Below are positions 9,513-18,839 of a stretch of DNA of 64,000 nt, piece after piece. A model generated the notes under the pieces. That model had not been told where the DNA came from. It saw only the letters and a list, made by a program, of their open reading frames with translations, and made no database searches. How positions within the stretch are numbered: position 1 is the first letter of the stretch; every line of letters starts with the position of its first letter. The translations under genes and the position numbers were made by a program. Origin of the DNA: Candidatus Scybalenecus merdavium (GTDB lineage: Bacteria; Bacillota; Clostridia; Oscillospirales; Acutalibacteraceae); the NCBI GenBank assembly GCA_018714405.1, contig DVNM01000028.1:1221-65220 (forward strand). Reading direction: 5' to 3'.

Positions 9513-10295
9513 ATGCAAAAAGCCGGGATTTCTGCCCACAATAGAAATATGTACAAGGACATTTACGGGCAGGACGAAAAAGAATTTGACACGGCACTGG
9601 ACATGGCGGCGCGTATGGTGGAATACGGCGCCGGCATTCAGCGCGCAGAAGACACGGCAACGCGGCTGCTGCACCACTTTGGGTTTCATGACATCAGCGT
9701 GTTTGCCATTGCATCCTTCGTGCTGCTTTGCGCCGAAAAAGACGGCGTGACCTACGAAAAATCAAAACGTGTAAAAAGCGGCGAACCAAACCTGGCACAG
9801 ATTGAAAAAGCACACGAATACTCGCGCGCCCTTTGCAGCGGCAAAGCACAGATCAGGCCATTGCCGCAGCAGACGCCGGTTTACGGCAAAGTGCAAAAAA
9901 GCATTGCCGTTTTCGGCGGATGCGGCGCATTTGCCATATTTTTCGGTGGCAGTTTAATAGACGCCTGCCTGGCCGGTGCGATCGTTCTGCTGTGCGAAGC
10001 GATATTCTCGAGAATCAAACCCCGGTTAAACGGTACAGCCGACATCTTTATGGAGAGTGCCTTTTGCGGCTTCTTGGCCATTGTGCCGGCGCTTATCGGC
10101 ATTCCCTGCAGCACAGACAAAATCATGATCGGCACGATCATGAACTTTATCCCCGGCATGAGCATCGGCAACGCTATGAAAGACGTGCTGCTCGGCGACA
10201 CGATCACCGGTCTGCTCTCCATGGTAAACGGCATTACGACGGCTGCCGCCATTGCCTGCGGCTACAGCCTTGCCATTCTGACGGTAAGCGGATGA
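9513..10295 (+). CDS. threonine/serine exporter family protein, ThrE N-terminal-type subunit (DUF1212)
   Basis: The 260-aa protein has a cytoplasmic N-domain (VEYGAGIQRAEDTATRLL) followed by TM helices. It is paired by an ATGA overlap with the next gene. The start is uncertain because there is no clear RBS at 9513 or 9549. Confidence 0.75.
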   Translation: MQKAGISAHNRNMYKDIYGQDEKEFDTALDMAARMVEYGAGIQRAEDTATRLLHHFGFHDISVFAIASFVLLCAEKDGVTYEKSKRVKSGEPNLAQIEKAHEYSRALCSGKAQIRPLPQQTPVYGKVQKSIAVFGGCGAFAIFFGGSLIDACLAGAIVLLCEAIFSRIKPRLNGTADIFMESAFCGFLAIVPALIGIPCSTDKIMIGTIMNFIPGMSIGNAMKDVLLGDTITGLLSMVNGITTAAAIACGYSLAILTVSG

Positions 10296-10729
10296 ACGAA
10301 ACGCTTAAAGAGATCCTGACCTGCGCACTCGGCACGATGTGCTTTGCCGTAGGCATGGACATTCCAAAGCGCTACCTGCCGGCGGTGGCGGCCGGCAGCC
10401 TGTACACCTCCATCATCAGCACATTATTGGTGCAAAACGGCGCATCCACCTTTACATCGGTCTTTCTGGCCGCCATGTTTACAGCCCTGTTTTCGGAAAC
10501 GTTTGCCCGCATTTTAAAGGTACCGTCCGTTGTGCTGCTTTTACCGATCAGCATTCCCCTGCTGCCCGGGAGCAATTTGTACTATACGGTCTTCAATATT
10601 ATTCACGCCAACCGCAGTGGCTTTTTGTTTCACTTTACCGAAACGGCTGTGACCGGATTTGCGATCGCAGCCGGCATACTGATCATTTCCGCTGTGTTCC
10701 GCCTGCTGACGCCGCCAAACGATCAGTGA
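10292..10729 (+). CDS. threonine/serine exporter family protein, small subunit (DUF3815-type)
   Basis: This lies in the frame of track ORF 9833..10729, starting at ATG 10292, which overlaps the upstream stop (ATGA). It encodes a 145-aa membrane protein with four TM helices. Confidence 0.75.
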   Translation: MNETLKEILTCALGTMCFAVGMDIPKRYLPAVAAGSLYTSIISTLLVQNGASTFTSVFLAAMFTALFSETFARILKVPSVVLLLPISIPLLPGSNLYYTVFNIIHANRSGFLFHFTETAVTGFAIAAGILIISAVFRLLTPPNDQ

Positions 10730-11436
10730 CGCGCATCATCTGCATACACCTCGCAAAACCTGGCCTGAAAAGACGGCGGCTCATGGCCGGCATAAAGGTG
10801 CGAAATGTCCGAAAACGAAAGGCAGCGAAACGCCGCGATGCCTTTTTCGCGCTCTTCTGTAACAACGGTCGTTACAGAGCTGGTGAGCGCACAGAAATTG
10901 TGCAGAAGCGGCATGGCGGAAACACCGAACAAAAGCGACAGCAGCACACATTCTACGCCAAAATGGCAGAAAAAGACAAGCGTGTCATGGTTGGGCCGGA
11001 CGGCGCGAAAATACTTGCCGCAGTTTTCGTAACCATGTGTTTTTAAAAGCGCAAAAAGACCGTTTTTTACAAATTCATATTCCTTTGTAATTCCTGCAAG
11101 GCGCATGGAGGGCGTTTTATACCAGCTGTCAGCATCGTAAAACGCCGCCTTTTTTGTCCATTCCGACGGCAGACGATCCCAACATGCCCGGGAACCGTGC
11201 GGCTTTAAATTGCTGCCGAATTCACGCAGCCAGGGCATGACCTGTGCCGAAAGGCCGGTCGCCTTTAATGTGTAAGCCGCGGTATCCTGTGCACGGCCAA
11301 GCGGTGAACAATAGATATAATCCATCTTTTCTTTCTGCAGGCGCTGCGCCAGCAATTCCGCTTCGCGGCGGCCTTTTTCTGTTAAACTGTCATGCGCATA
11401 ATCCGGGTCGCCGTGGCGGATGATCAAAATTCTCAT
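10723..11436 (-). CDS. histidine phosphatase family protein (phosphoglycerate mutase-like)
   Basis: The track ORF is trimmed to ATG 11436. The N-terminus MRILIIRHGDPD is the RHG catalytic motif, followed by SPLGRAQDTA. Confidence 0.85.
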   Translation of the reverse strand: MRILIIRHGDPDYAHDSLTEKGRREAELLAQRLQKEKMDYIYCSPLGRAQDTAAYTLKATGLSAQVMPWLREFGSNLKPHGSRACWDRLPSEWTKKAAFYDADSWYKTPSMRLAGITKEYEFVKNGLFALLKTHGYENCGKYFRAVRPNHDTLVFFCHFGVECVLLSLLFGVSAMPLLHNFCALTSSVTTVVTEEREKGIAAFRCLSFSDISHLYAGHEPPSFQARFCEVYADDARH

Positions 11437-11509
11437 AAAAACACCCCTGTTCATTATATCAGGTTTGTCGAATGGGTGCAAATGTGGTATATTAAAAGCG
11501 GTGATAGAA

Positions 11510-11956
11510 ATGAAATTGCTGATCGACGCCGATGCCTGCCCGGTCATTCACGAAGCAGAGGCGCTGGCCGCTGCTTTTCAAACAGAGTGTATTTTGTTTT
11601 GCGACAGCGCACACGACTTTACAAATCATCCGTCTGAAATCGTTACAACAGCACAGGGTGCAGACAGCGCCGACTTTGCGCTGGTCAACCGTACGGCCCA
11701 CGGCGACATTGTGATCACGCAGGACCGCGGCCTGGCCGCCATGGCCCTGGCAAAAGGAGCCCGTGTACTGGACCAGAACGGACTGGAGATCACCGACCGA
11801 AACATTGCCTTTTTGCTGGAAACACGCAGCTTTTCCAAAAAACTGCGCCGAAGCGGCCAGCACCTGAAAGGGCCAAAAAAGCGTACCCGTCAAAACGATT
11901 TGGACTTTACCGAAGCACTGGAGAAGATGCTTTATGAAAATACTCATTCTGCCTGA
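11510..11956 (+). CDS. YaiI/YqxD family protein (DUF188)
   Basis: The track ORF is trimmed to ATG 11510. MKLLIDADACPV is the typical N-terminus of this family. Length is 148 aa. Confidence 0.75.
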   Translation: MKLLIDADACPVIHEAEALAAAFQTECILFCDSAHDFTNHPSEIVTTAQGADSADFALVNRTAHGDIVITQDRGLAAMALAKGARVLDQNGLEITDRNIAFLLETRSFSKKLRRSGQHLKGPKKRTRQNDLDFTEALEKMLYENTHSA

Positions 11957-13025
11957 CAGCTTTAAAGGCACTTTAACCGCCAGAGAGGCCGGCGAAGCCA
12001 TGCGCCGCGGCGCTGAGGCCTGCGGACACAGCGCACAAGTGATTCCCCTGTCGGACGGCGGAGAAGGTTTTTGCAACTGCTATGCCGCCCTTTGTACCTG
12101 TGAAAAAGTGGAAGTGCAGACACTGGGAACGTATTTACAACCTGTAAATACATATTACTGCAAAAACGGCGACACCGCCGTGATCGAAAGTGCCGCTGCC
12201 AGCGGCCTTTGCAGCCGGCGGGACGTTTTAAACGCCACCTCTTACGGCACCGGCACGCTGATCGCGCACGCGGTAAAAAACGGCTGTCAAAAAATCGTGC
12301 TGGGCCTTGGCGGCACCGGCTGCAGCGACGGCGGGATCGGCGCGCTCTACGCACTGGGCGTGCGCTTTTTCGCAGAGGACATGCCGTACGGCATACCCAA
12401 AGGCTGCGATATGGAGCTTGCCGATTCATTCTGCACCGACGGTGTTTTGCCGCAGCTGCAAAGCGTACAGTTTCTTTATGCCACCGACGTAACAGCTCCC
12501 TACTGCGGCAGACTTGGCGCAGCATATGTTTTTGCACCGCAAAAAGGCGCCACGCACGCACAGGCGGAAAAACTGGACAACGGGCTTTTTCACCTGGCAT
12601 CGCTTTTGAAACAGCAAACAGGCAAGGATGTAAAAGACCTGCCCGGCGCCGGTGCGGCCGGCGGGCTTTGCGGCGGCCTTTGGGCCCTGTTCGGCGGAGA
12701 AATACAAAGCGGATTTGACTTTTTATGCCGTCAGGCCGATTTGCCGGAAAAAATCCGCGCAAGCGACCTGGTGGTGACCGGCGAGGGCAAAACGGACGCA
12801 CAGACGCGCATGGGCAAACTGCCCTGGCGCGTGTGGCAGCTTTGCCAAAAGGCCAAAACGCCCTGCTGGCTGCTTTCCGGCCAAATAGAGGGAGAACCGT
12901 TCGGCGACCGCGCCGCCGCGCTGTGCGCGCCGGGCGGTGACAGCGCATACACCACCACGCACGCGGCGGCATGTCTGGAAAATAAAATGATAAAATTATT
13001 GCAATCAATGCCAAATTTGTTATAA
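11934..13025 (+). CDS. glycerate kinase
   Basis: The N-terminus MKILILPDSFKGTL...IPLSDGGEGF and the C-terminal VVTGEGKTDAQT are hallmarks of the glycerate kinase family. Length is 363 aa. Confidence 0.85.
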   Translation: MKILILPDSFKGTLTAREAGEAMRRGAEACGHSAQVIPLSDGGEGFCNCYAALCTCEKVEVQTLGTYLQPVNTYYCKNGDTAVIESAAASGLCSRRDVLNATSYGTGTLIAHAVKNGCQKIVLGLGGTGCSDGGIGALYALGVRFFAEDMPYGIPKGCDMELADSFCTDGVLPQLQSVQFLYATDVTAPYCGRLGAAYVFAPQKGATHAQAEKLDNGLFHLASLLKQQTGKDVKDLPGAGAAGGLCGGLWALFGGEIQSGFDFLCRQADLPEKIRASDLVVTGEGKTDAQTRMGKLPWRVWQLCQKAKTPCWLLSGQIEGEPFGDRAAALCAPGGDSAYTTTHAAACLENKMIKLLQSMPNLL

Positions 13026-13082
13026 TGAATGGTAAAGAAAAAGCGGCTGCACACACAACCGGGCCGCAAAGGAAGCGGTAGC

Positions 13083-13592
13083 ATGAGCCAAAAGCTGCTG
13101 GACACACTTGCCGAAGAAATGATGCTTTACGATTTCGGCGACGCCAGGCGCACTTTTCACTTTATTCAGGTACATGACCTGGCAAGGCGCATTGCTCTTG
13201 GTGAAAACGTGCCAAGCGATATACAGTTTATCACCGAAGCGGCTGCCCTGGTGCACGACATCGGCATTCACAACTGCGAGAAAAAATACGGCGCCTGCCC
13301 CGGTCCCCTGCAGGAAAGAGAGGGTCCGCCCGAAGCAGAAAAAATACTGCGGCGCCTGGGCTTTTCTGAAGCACAGACCAGCCGTATCTGTGAGCTTGTC
13401 GGCCGGCACCACACCTATCAAAATGTAGACAGTATGGATTTGCAGATTTTGATTGAGGCTGATTTTCTGGTCAATCTGCATGAAGACGGCTGCAGCAAAA
13501 ATGCAGTGCACACGGCCTATGACAAACACTTTAAAACGAAGACCGGCCGGCGGCTGTGCCGCACGATCTACGGGCTGGATGAAAAGGCCTGA
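13083..13592 (+). CDS. HD-domain phosphohydrolase
   Basis: The start is moved to ATG 13083 (RBS AAAGGAAG). HD motifs are present (VHDLARR ... LVHDIG ... GRHH). An upstream TGtTATAAT extended -10 sits at about 13018-13026. Confidence 0.75.
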   Translation: MSQKLLDTLAEEMMLYDFGDARRTFHFIQVHDLARRIALGENVPSDIQFITEAAALVHDIGIHNCEKKYGACPGPLQEREGPPEAEKILRRLGFSEAQTSRICELVGRHHTYQNVDSMDLQILIEADFLVNLHEDGCSKNAVHTAYDKHFKTKTGRRLCRTIYGLDEKA

Positions 13593-13648
13593 AAAGCTTT
13601 GTTATAATGTAATTATAAAAAATTAAAATAAAGAAAGAGGAAAGAAAT

Positions 13649-13867
13649 ATGAAAGTCAGACTTCCGAAGCACAGAGAATTTTTAATCAAATTTGAAAATG
13701 GCTACGACAAGCAGGACGAGGCCTGGGCGGCGCTCAACCAGATCGTAAAAGACTACTCGAAAGACGGCAAATCCATCTACAGCGAAACTTTTATTGAAGA
13801 CAACGAAGAAAAAGTGAAAGAACTGCAAAAGCAGTACGAATTTACATACGAGATCATCGAGAAGTGA
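13649..13867 (+). CDS. hypothetical small protein (72 aa), translationally coupled to GH38
   Basis: A strong RBS (AGAGGAAAG) precedes ATG 13649. Its stop TGA overlaps the GTG at 13864 of the next ORF. I recognise no family. Confidence 0.55.
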   Translation: MKVRLPKHREFLIKFENGYDKQDEAWAALNQIVKDYSKDGKSIYSETFIEDNEEKVKELQKQYEFTYEIIEK

Positions 13868-16800
13868 GCACCATGCAGGACACAAGACTTTACGCGATGG
13901 CAACAGCGCACCTGGACACAGTCTGGCGCTGGAGCCTGAAAAAAACGATAGAGGACTACCTTTTAGACACGGTCGCCAAAAACTTAAATCTGCTTGAAAA
14001 CTACCCGGAATACACCTTCAACTTTGAAGGTGCGTTTCGCTACGCGCTGATCGAGGAATACTACCCTGACCTTTTCAAAAAGATACAGGGTTATGTAAAA
14101 GAGGGGCGCTGGCACCCGACCGGCGCGGAATACGAAAACGGCGACGTCAACATTCCCTCGCCCGAGGCGCTGATTCGCAACATCCTTTACGGCAACCGCT
14201 ATTTTGAAGAAAAGTTCGGCGCAAAAAGCCGCGACATCTTTTTGCCCGACTGCTTTGGCTTTGGCAAAGCGCTGCCGAGCGTGATGGCGCACACCGGGCT
14301 CAGGGGTTTTACGACGCAAAAGCTTTCCTGGGGATGCAGCGTGCCGCTGCCGTTTGACCTTGGCATTTGGAAAGGCACCGACGCCAGCTGCGTCTATACC
14401 ACACTGGACGCCAAAAGCTACCGCTCCAAATTTGAAAACATCCAGACCGACGAGCAGGTCTATGACAAAATTGCCGCCAATTATAACCAAAGCGGCATTC
14501 CGTTTGCCCTTTACCTGTACGGCACGGGCGATGTCGGCGGCGCGCCGGACGAAAAATCGGTTTGGACTGTTTGCGACGAAGTGAAAAACGCTTCGCACCA
14601 CCCGATCCAAGTCATCAGCGCAACACCCGACAGATTCTATAATGACATTGACGCCCTGCCCGAGCAGGAAAAAGCCAAGCTGCCCGTTTACGACGGTGAA
14701 TTGCTGATGACCAGCCACGGCGCCGGCAGCTACACCTCGCGCACCATGTCCAAGCGCCTGAACCGCCAATGCGAAACAGCGGCAGATGTGACCGAGGCTT
14801 CGCTGGTGCTCGCGCAGCAGCTTTGCGGCCATACCTACCCGCAAAAGACCATGGAAAAAGCGTGGAAGAAAGTCATTCAGCACCAGTTTCACGACGACAT
14901 TACAGGCACGTCCAACATGGATGTATATAACGCCGCGCACAGCGATTATTTCACAGCACTGAACTTGATGCACACAGAGCTTTGCGCTTCGGCAAAAGCC
15001 GTGGGCGAAGCGCTCGACACATCGTTTTGCCCCGAAGCGGCGCTGATCGTCTTTAACCCCACGCAGTACACCCGCTTTGACAGCATTGAAGCGACGGTGC
15101 GCCTGAAACACAACGCCAAATATGTAAAGATCACGAACAGCCGCGGTGAAGAGCAGCTTTCACAGGTCGTCTTCAAATCCGGCAAAACGTTCCGGGTCGT
15201 ATTCAGCGCCGAACTGGCGCCGCTTTCCTACACGGTGTTCAGCGCCGAGCCGAGCGACACGCCCTGCCGCCTGAAAAGCGACCTGAAAATGGACGCACAC
15301 CGCCTGGAGAACGAAAACTACCTGGTGCGCTTCAACAAAAACGGCGACATCGGCAGCATTTTTGACAAACGCCTGCAAAAAGAACTGCTCCAAAAGCCCA
15401 TCAAGCTGGCGCTGATGCACGACACCGGGTCTCTTGCCTACCCTGCCTGGGAAATGCGCAAGGAGGACATTGACCGCGCGCCCTACGCCTACGCCAACAC
15501 GCCCACATTCGAGATCCTGGAAAAAGGGCCGTCGCGCATTGCCCTGCGCGTGACCCGCGGTGCCGACCTTTCCACAAAAATCACGCAGGTGATCTCCCTT
15601 TCCAGCCGCAGCCCGGTTCTGCGTGTGGAAAACGAAGTGGACTGGCAGTCACGCCGCAGTATGCTGAAAGCAGAATTCCGCTTTACAGCCGAAAACAAAA
15701 CCGCAACTTATGATTTGGGGCTCGGCACCATCCAGCGCCGGACGAACACCGACACACTTTATGAAGTGCCGGCGCAGAAATGGGCCGACCTGACGGACAG
15801 CAGCGGCGCATTTGGCGTCAGCGTATTTTCCGATTCCAAATACGGCTGGGACAAACCAGACAGCTCAACCCTGCGCCTGACCTGTATACATACGCCGGCC
15901 GGTGCATTCATTAAAGAAGCCAGGCAGGATCTGCAGGACATTGGCCGCAATCTGTTCGGTTTTGGCATTTATGCGCACGCACACGGCTTTGAAAGTCAAA
16001 CGCAGATGTATGCAGAGCTGTTTAGCAAAAAGCCGATCGCCTTTCAGACCAGTTCCCAAACAAAGGGATGCGGACGCGACTGCTTCAGCCTGCTGACCAT
16101 TTCAGACAACGACGTACTGCTGCGCGCCGTAAAACGCAGTGAAGACGGCAAAGGCATTGTGATCCGCCTGAACGAAGGCGTTGACCGCACACACAAACGT
16201 GTAAAACTGCAGCTTGCCTGCCCGGTCAAAGCCGCCTATGAAACGAACGCAGCGGAAGAGGACGCGCAGGAAATGCAGGTGTCCGGCAACGCACTTTGCT
16301 TCGACATAGCGCCTTACGACCTGAAGACCTTTTACATCGTTCCCGGCAAGCCGGAAAAAGCCGCGCGCAAAGAGAAAGCGGTTTGTCTGAAACTGCCCTA
16401 CAACGCAGACGGCGTGACTTCCAACGCGCAGCGCAAGCGTGCCATTTTGGCTGCCAGCGGCTGTACGCTGCCGTACGAACTGTTCCCGAAAGAGATCTGC
16501 TGCGGCGGCATCCCGTTCACCCTGGCTGACAGAGACAGCCTGCGCACTGCACTGATCCCGACCGGGCAGGTGCTTGACCTGCCGGCCGAGGCAACGGCCG
16601 TTTATCTGCTGGCGGCCGGCGTTGCAGGCGACCGTACGCTGACCTTCAAAACCGGCAACGTGGAAAAGACTTGCACGATCCACGACGCATTTGCGCCGAT
16701 TGGTCAGTGGGATATGGAGGGCCTGCAGCAAAAGGCCAAGGTCAAAGACGTGGTCGTGGGTCTTGAATTTACGCACACGCACCACCCGCTGGACGACCAT

Positions 16801-17136
16801 TTTGACGGGCAGGCACGTTTTTACGTTTACCGCCTGGAAACACACGGCGCTGCAACACTGACGCTGCCTGAAAACGGGCGCACCGTTATTTTGGCCGCAA
16901 CCGCCGTAAAAGAAAATTCCCGCCTGCTGCCGGGCAGCTTTTATGCGGACAGACCGGACGAAGATTACCAGCCGCCGGAAATCGCGCCGGGCGAAAAACT
17001 GATCGGTGCGCTGGACGCTGTGACCATTCGTGCCGGCAAGATCCAGGACCAGACAAACGGCGGCAAAGGCCAGGGCTTCAAACGCAACAACCCCATTACA
17101 AACATCATCCGCTCCTATACCAAAAGCGAATGGTAA
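13864..17136 (+). CDS. GH38 alpha-mannosidase
   Basis: The ORF is about 1090 aa. The N-terminus AMATAHLDTVWRW is the GH38 HxDxxW metal-site motif, and FLPDCFGF and QFHDDITGTS are also present. The start is either GTG 13864 or ATG 13873. Confidence 0.85.
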   Translation: MSTMQDTRLYAMATAHLDTVWRWSLKKTIEDYLLDTVAKNLNLLENYPEYTFNFEGAFRYALIEEYYPDLFKKIQGYVKEGRWHPTGAEYENGDVNIPSPEALIRNILYGNRYFEEKFGAKSRDIFLPDCFGFGKALPSVMAHTGLRGFTTQKLSWGCSVPLPFDLGIWKGTDASCVYTTLDAKSYRSKFENIQTDEQVYDKIAANYNQSGIPFALYLYGTGDVGGAPDEKSVWTVCDEVKNASHHPIQVISATPDRFYNDIDALPEQEKAKLPVYDGELLMTSHGAGSYTSRTMSKRLNRQCETAADVTEASLVLAQQLCGHTYPQKTMEKAWKKVIQHQFHDDITGTSNMDVYNAAHSDYFTALNLMHTELCASAKAVGEALDTSFCPEAALIVFNPTQYTRFDSIEATVRLKHNAKYVKITNSRGEEQLSQVVFKSGKTFRVVFSAELAPLSYTVFSAEPSDTPCRLKSDLKMDAHRLENENYLVRFNKNGDIGSIFDKRLQKELLQKPIKLALMHDTGSLAYPAWEMRKEDIDRAPYAYANTPTFEILEKGPSRIALRVTRGADLSTKITQVISLSSRSPVLRVENEVDWQSRRSMLKAEFRFTAENKTATYDLGLGTIQRRTNTDTLYEVPAQKWADLTDSSGAFGVSVFSDSKYGWDKPDSSTLRLTCIHTPAGAFIKEARQDLQDIGRNLFGFGIYAHAHGFESQTQMYAELFSKKPIAFQTSSQTKGCGRDCFSLLTISDNDVLLRAVKRSEDGKGIVIRLNEGVDRTHKRVKLQLACPVKAAYETNAAEEDAQEMQVSGNALCFDIAPYDLKTFYIVPGKPEKAARKEKAVCLKLPYNADGVTSNAQRKRAILAASGCTLPYELFPKEICCGGIPFTLADRDSLRTALIPTGQVLDLPAEATAVYLLAAGVAGDRTLTFKTGNVEKTCTIHDAFAPIGQWDMEGLQQKAKVKDVVVGLEFTHTHHPLDDHFDGQARFYVYRLETHGAATLTLPENGRTVILAATAVKENSRLLPGSFYADRPDEDYQPPEIAPGEKLIGALDAVTIRAGKIQDQTNGGKGQGFKRNNPITNIIRSYTKSEW

Positions 17137-17179
17137 AACAGACGTTCATGTATAAAAGCTGTAAAATATACAAGCTATA

Positions 17180-17226
17180 CATCCGACGCATATACAAAGT
17201 TTGTATATGCGCCGGATGCTTTTTGG
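17180..17226 (+). terminator. terminator after the GH38 gene
   Basis: A 19-bp stem with one mismatch (CATCCGACGCATATACAAA / TTTGTATATGCGCCGGATG) is followed by CTTTTTGG. Confidence 0.75.
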
Positions 17227-17395
17227 TACAAAAAATCGGCCTTTAAAACAGCAAAAAGCGAGAATGTGTAAAACGATGTGGAAAACCGCGAAGAGTGTTT
17301 GTCTTGCGGCGGAAAATGCTGTTGAAAATGTTGAAAGCCGCAAACAAGACGTATTTCAAAGGCAATTTTCCGCAAATTTTCCGCAGAAATTCAAA

Positions 17396-17423
17396 AGTAT
17401 ACAATTTGATAGGGAAATGTCAA
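17396..17423 (-). promoter_or_regulatory. orphan near-consensus promoter facing non-coding DNA
   Basis: On the minus strand: TTGACA (17423-17418), 16-nt spacer, TATACT (17401-17396). No credible CDS lies downstream before the hairpin at 17180-17218. Confidence 0.45.
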
Positions 17424-17448
17424 ACTGCATATACAAAAGAATTTCGCG

Positions 17449-17485
17449 CAAAAAAACAGCCCGGCACAAGCCGGGCTGTTTTATA
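17449..17485. terminator. terminator after ftsZ (bidirectional hairpin)
   Basis: A 9-bp stem (ACAGCCCGG / CCGGGCTGT) has an A7 run on one side and TTTTAT on the other. Confidence 0.8.
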
Positions 17486-17496
17486 AGTTCATTCAC

Positions 17497-18606
17497 TTAT
17501 TTTTTGAAGAAAGACACGATGTCGGTAAATGCGTCGTCATCGCTGGAGGACAGCGAAGAAGCATTGTCCGTGGGCGGAGCAACTTCTGCTTCGGCAGCGG
17601 CTGCTTTTTCGTCCTTTGCGCTGTGCGCCTGGGTGGGTTTGCCGTTTTCATCACCGAAACGCGTAGCGATCACGGTAATGATCATCTCATCCTCCAGGTC
17701 CTCATCGAAGTTTGCACCCCAAATGATCTCGCAGTCAGGATGCACAGCGTTGGTCACGATAGAGGAAGCCGTGTCGATCTCTTCCAGGCCAACATCGGTG
17801 GAAGCCGTGATGTTCAGCAGCACGCCGCGTGCACCGTCGATAGATGTATTGAGCAGCGGGCTGGAGATCGCCTGCTTGGCCGCCTCTTCCGCTTTGTCCT
17901 TGCCGCTGGCACGGCCAACGCCCATGTGCGCATAGCCGGCGTCTTTCATGATCTCGGTCACATCGGCGAAGTCGCTGTTAACAAGACCGGTTGCATTGAC
18001 AAGGTCAGAAATGCTCTGCACGCCCTGACGAAGCACATCGTTTGCAATGTCAAAAGCGTTAAGGAACGTAATTTTGTCGTCGGTCACATACTTCAGGTTC
18101 TCGTTCGGGATAACCATCAGCGCGTCGGCATACTCGGCCAGTTCTTCAATGCCGGCCTGTGCCTGCTTCATTCTGTGCGGGCCTTCAAAGGCAAACGGCG
18201 TTGTAACAACACCAACCGTCAGGATGCCGAGATCCTTCGCGATTTTGGCAACGACCGGTGCTGCACCGGTGCCCGTGCCGCCACCCATGCCGGCGGTAAT
18301 AAACACCATTTCACAACCGGTCAGCGCGTCGGTGATCGCCTCGCGGCTCTCTTCGGCAGCGCGTGTGCCGACCTCAGGCTTTGCACCGGCGCCGCGGCCT
18401 TTTGTGGCCTTTTCGCCGATCAAAATCTTGTGCGTAGCAGAAGATTTCATCAGGGCGGGCTTATCCGAGTTAATGGCAACGAATTCCACATCTTTAATAC
18501 CGCTGTTGACCATGCGGTTCACAGCGTTTCCGCCGCCGCCGCCAACACCGACAACTTTGATCTGTACTACTTTTGTATCGTCTGTATCGATTTCATATCT
18601 TCCCAT
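17497..18606 (-). CDS. ftsZ: cell division protein FtsZ
   Basis: It carries the tubulin signature [13 protein letters not shown] and the T7-loop region. Length is 369 aa, with an acidic C-terminal tail. Confidence 0.97.
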   Translation of the reverse strand: MGRYEIDTDDTKVVQIKVVGVGGGGGNAVNRMVNSGIKDVEFVAINSDKPALMKSSATHKILIGEKATKGRGAGAKPEVGTRAAEESREAITDALTGCEMVFITAGMGGGTGTGAAPVVAKIAKDLGILTVGVVTTPFAFEGPHRMKQAQAGIEELAEYADALMVIPNENLKYVTDDKITFLNAFDIANDVLRQGVQSISDLVNATGLVNSDFADVTEIMKDAGYAHMGVGRASGKDKAEEAAKQAISSPLLNTSIDGARGVLLNITASTDVGLEEIDTASSIVTNAVHPDCEIIWGANFDEDLEDEMIITVIATRFGDENGKPTQAHSAKDEKAAAAEAEVAPPTDNASSLSSSDDDAFTDIVSFFKK

Positions 18607-18672
18607 GGGTCATTCTCCTTTAGTTTTTCTGGCTGGTCATAAATTGTAATCTTTTCGACCACTGCACTTGTT

Positions 18673-18701
18673 ATTGTAACAGTTATGTAACCTTTTTGCA
18701 A
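18673..18701 (-). promoter_or_regulatory. dedicated ftsZ promoter
   Basis: On the minus strand: TTGCAA, 17-nt spacer, TACAAT, about 65 nt upstream of the ftsZ ATG. Confidence 0.55.
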
Positions 18702-18791
18702 CTGTTTTTTAGAAATATCCTCCATATTACTGATAATGTTTTAAAGATACGAGCCTGCCAATTTGTGCATTTTGCACAATCTATTAAAATG

Positions 18792-18825
18792 TAAAAAAAG
18801 GAGTAAAGGAAAACACCTTTACTCC
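18792..18825 (-). terminator. terminator between ftsQ and ftsZ
   Basis: A 10-bp stem (GGAGTAAAGG / CCTTTACTCC) is followed on the minus strand by a T7 run, starting about 15 nt after the ftsQ stop. Confidence 0.75.
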
Positions 18826-18839
18826 CCTGTAATTTACCG

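Noticed and set aside
17146-17375. Small minus-strand ORFs 17146..17343 (65 aa) and 17175..17375 (66 aa) downstream of the orphan promoter.
   Set aside because: Neither has a Shine-Dalgarno. One starts at TTG inside the tandem 11-mer. Both read through the 19-bp terminator stem. I treat the region as non-coding, and it is the candidate sRNA instead.
17175-17390. The possibility that the ftsZ-downstream transcript is 6S RNA or another known housekeeping RNA.
   Set aside because: Its 5' and 3' ends are not complementary, so there is no long closing helix or central bubble. I also see no RNase P, SRP or tmRNA signature sequences. I cannot assign it without a covariance-model scan.
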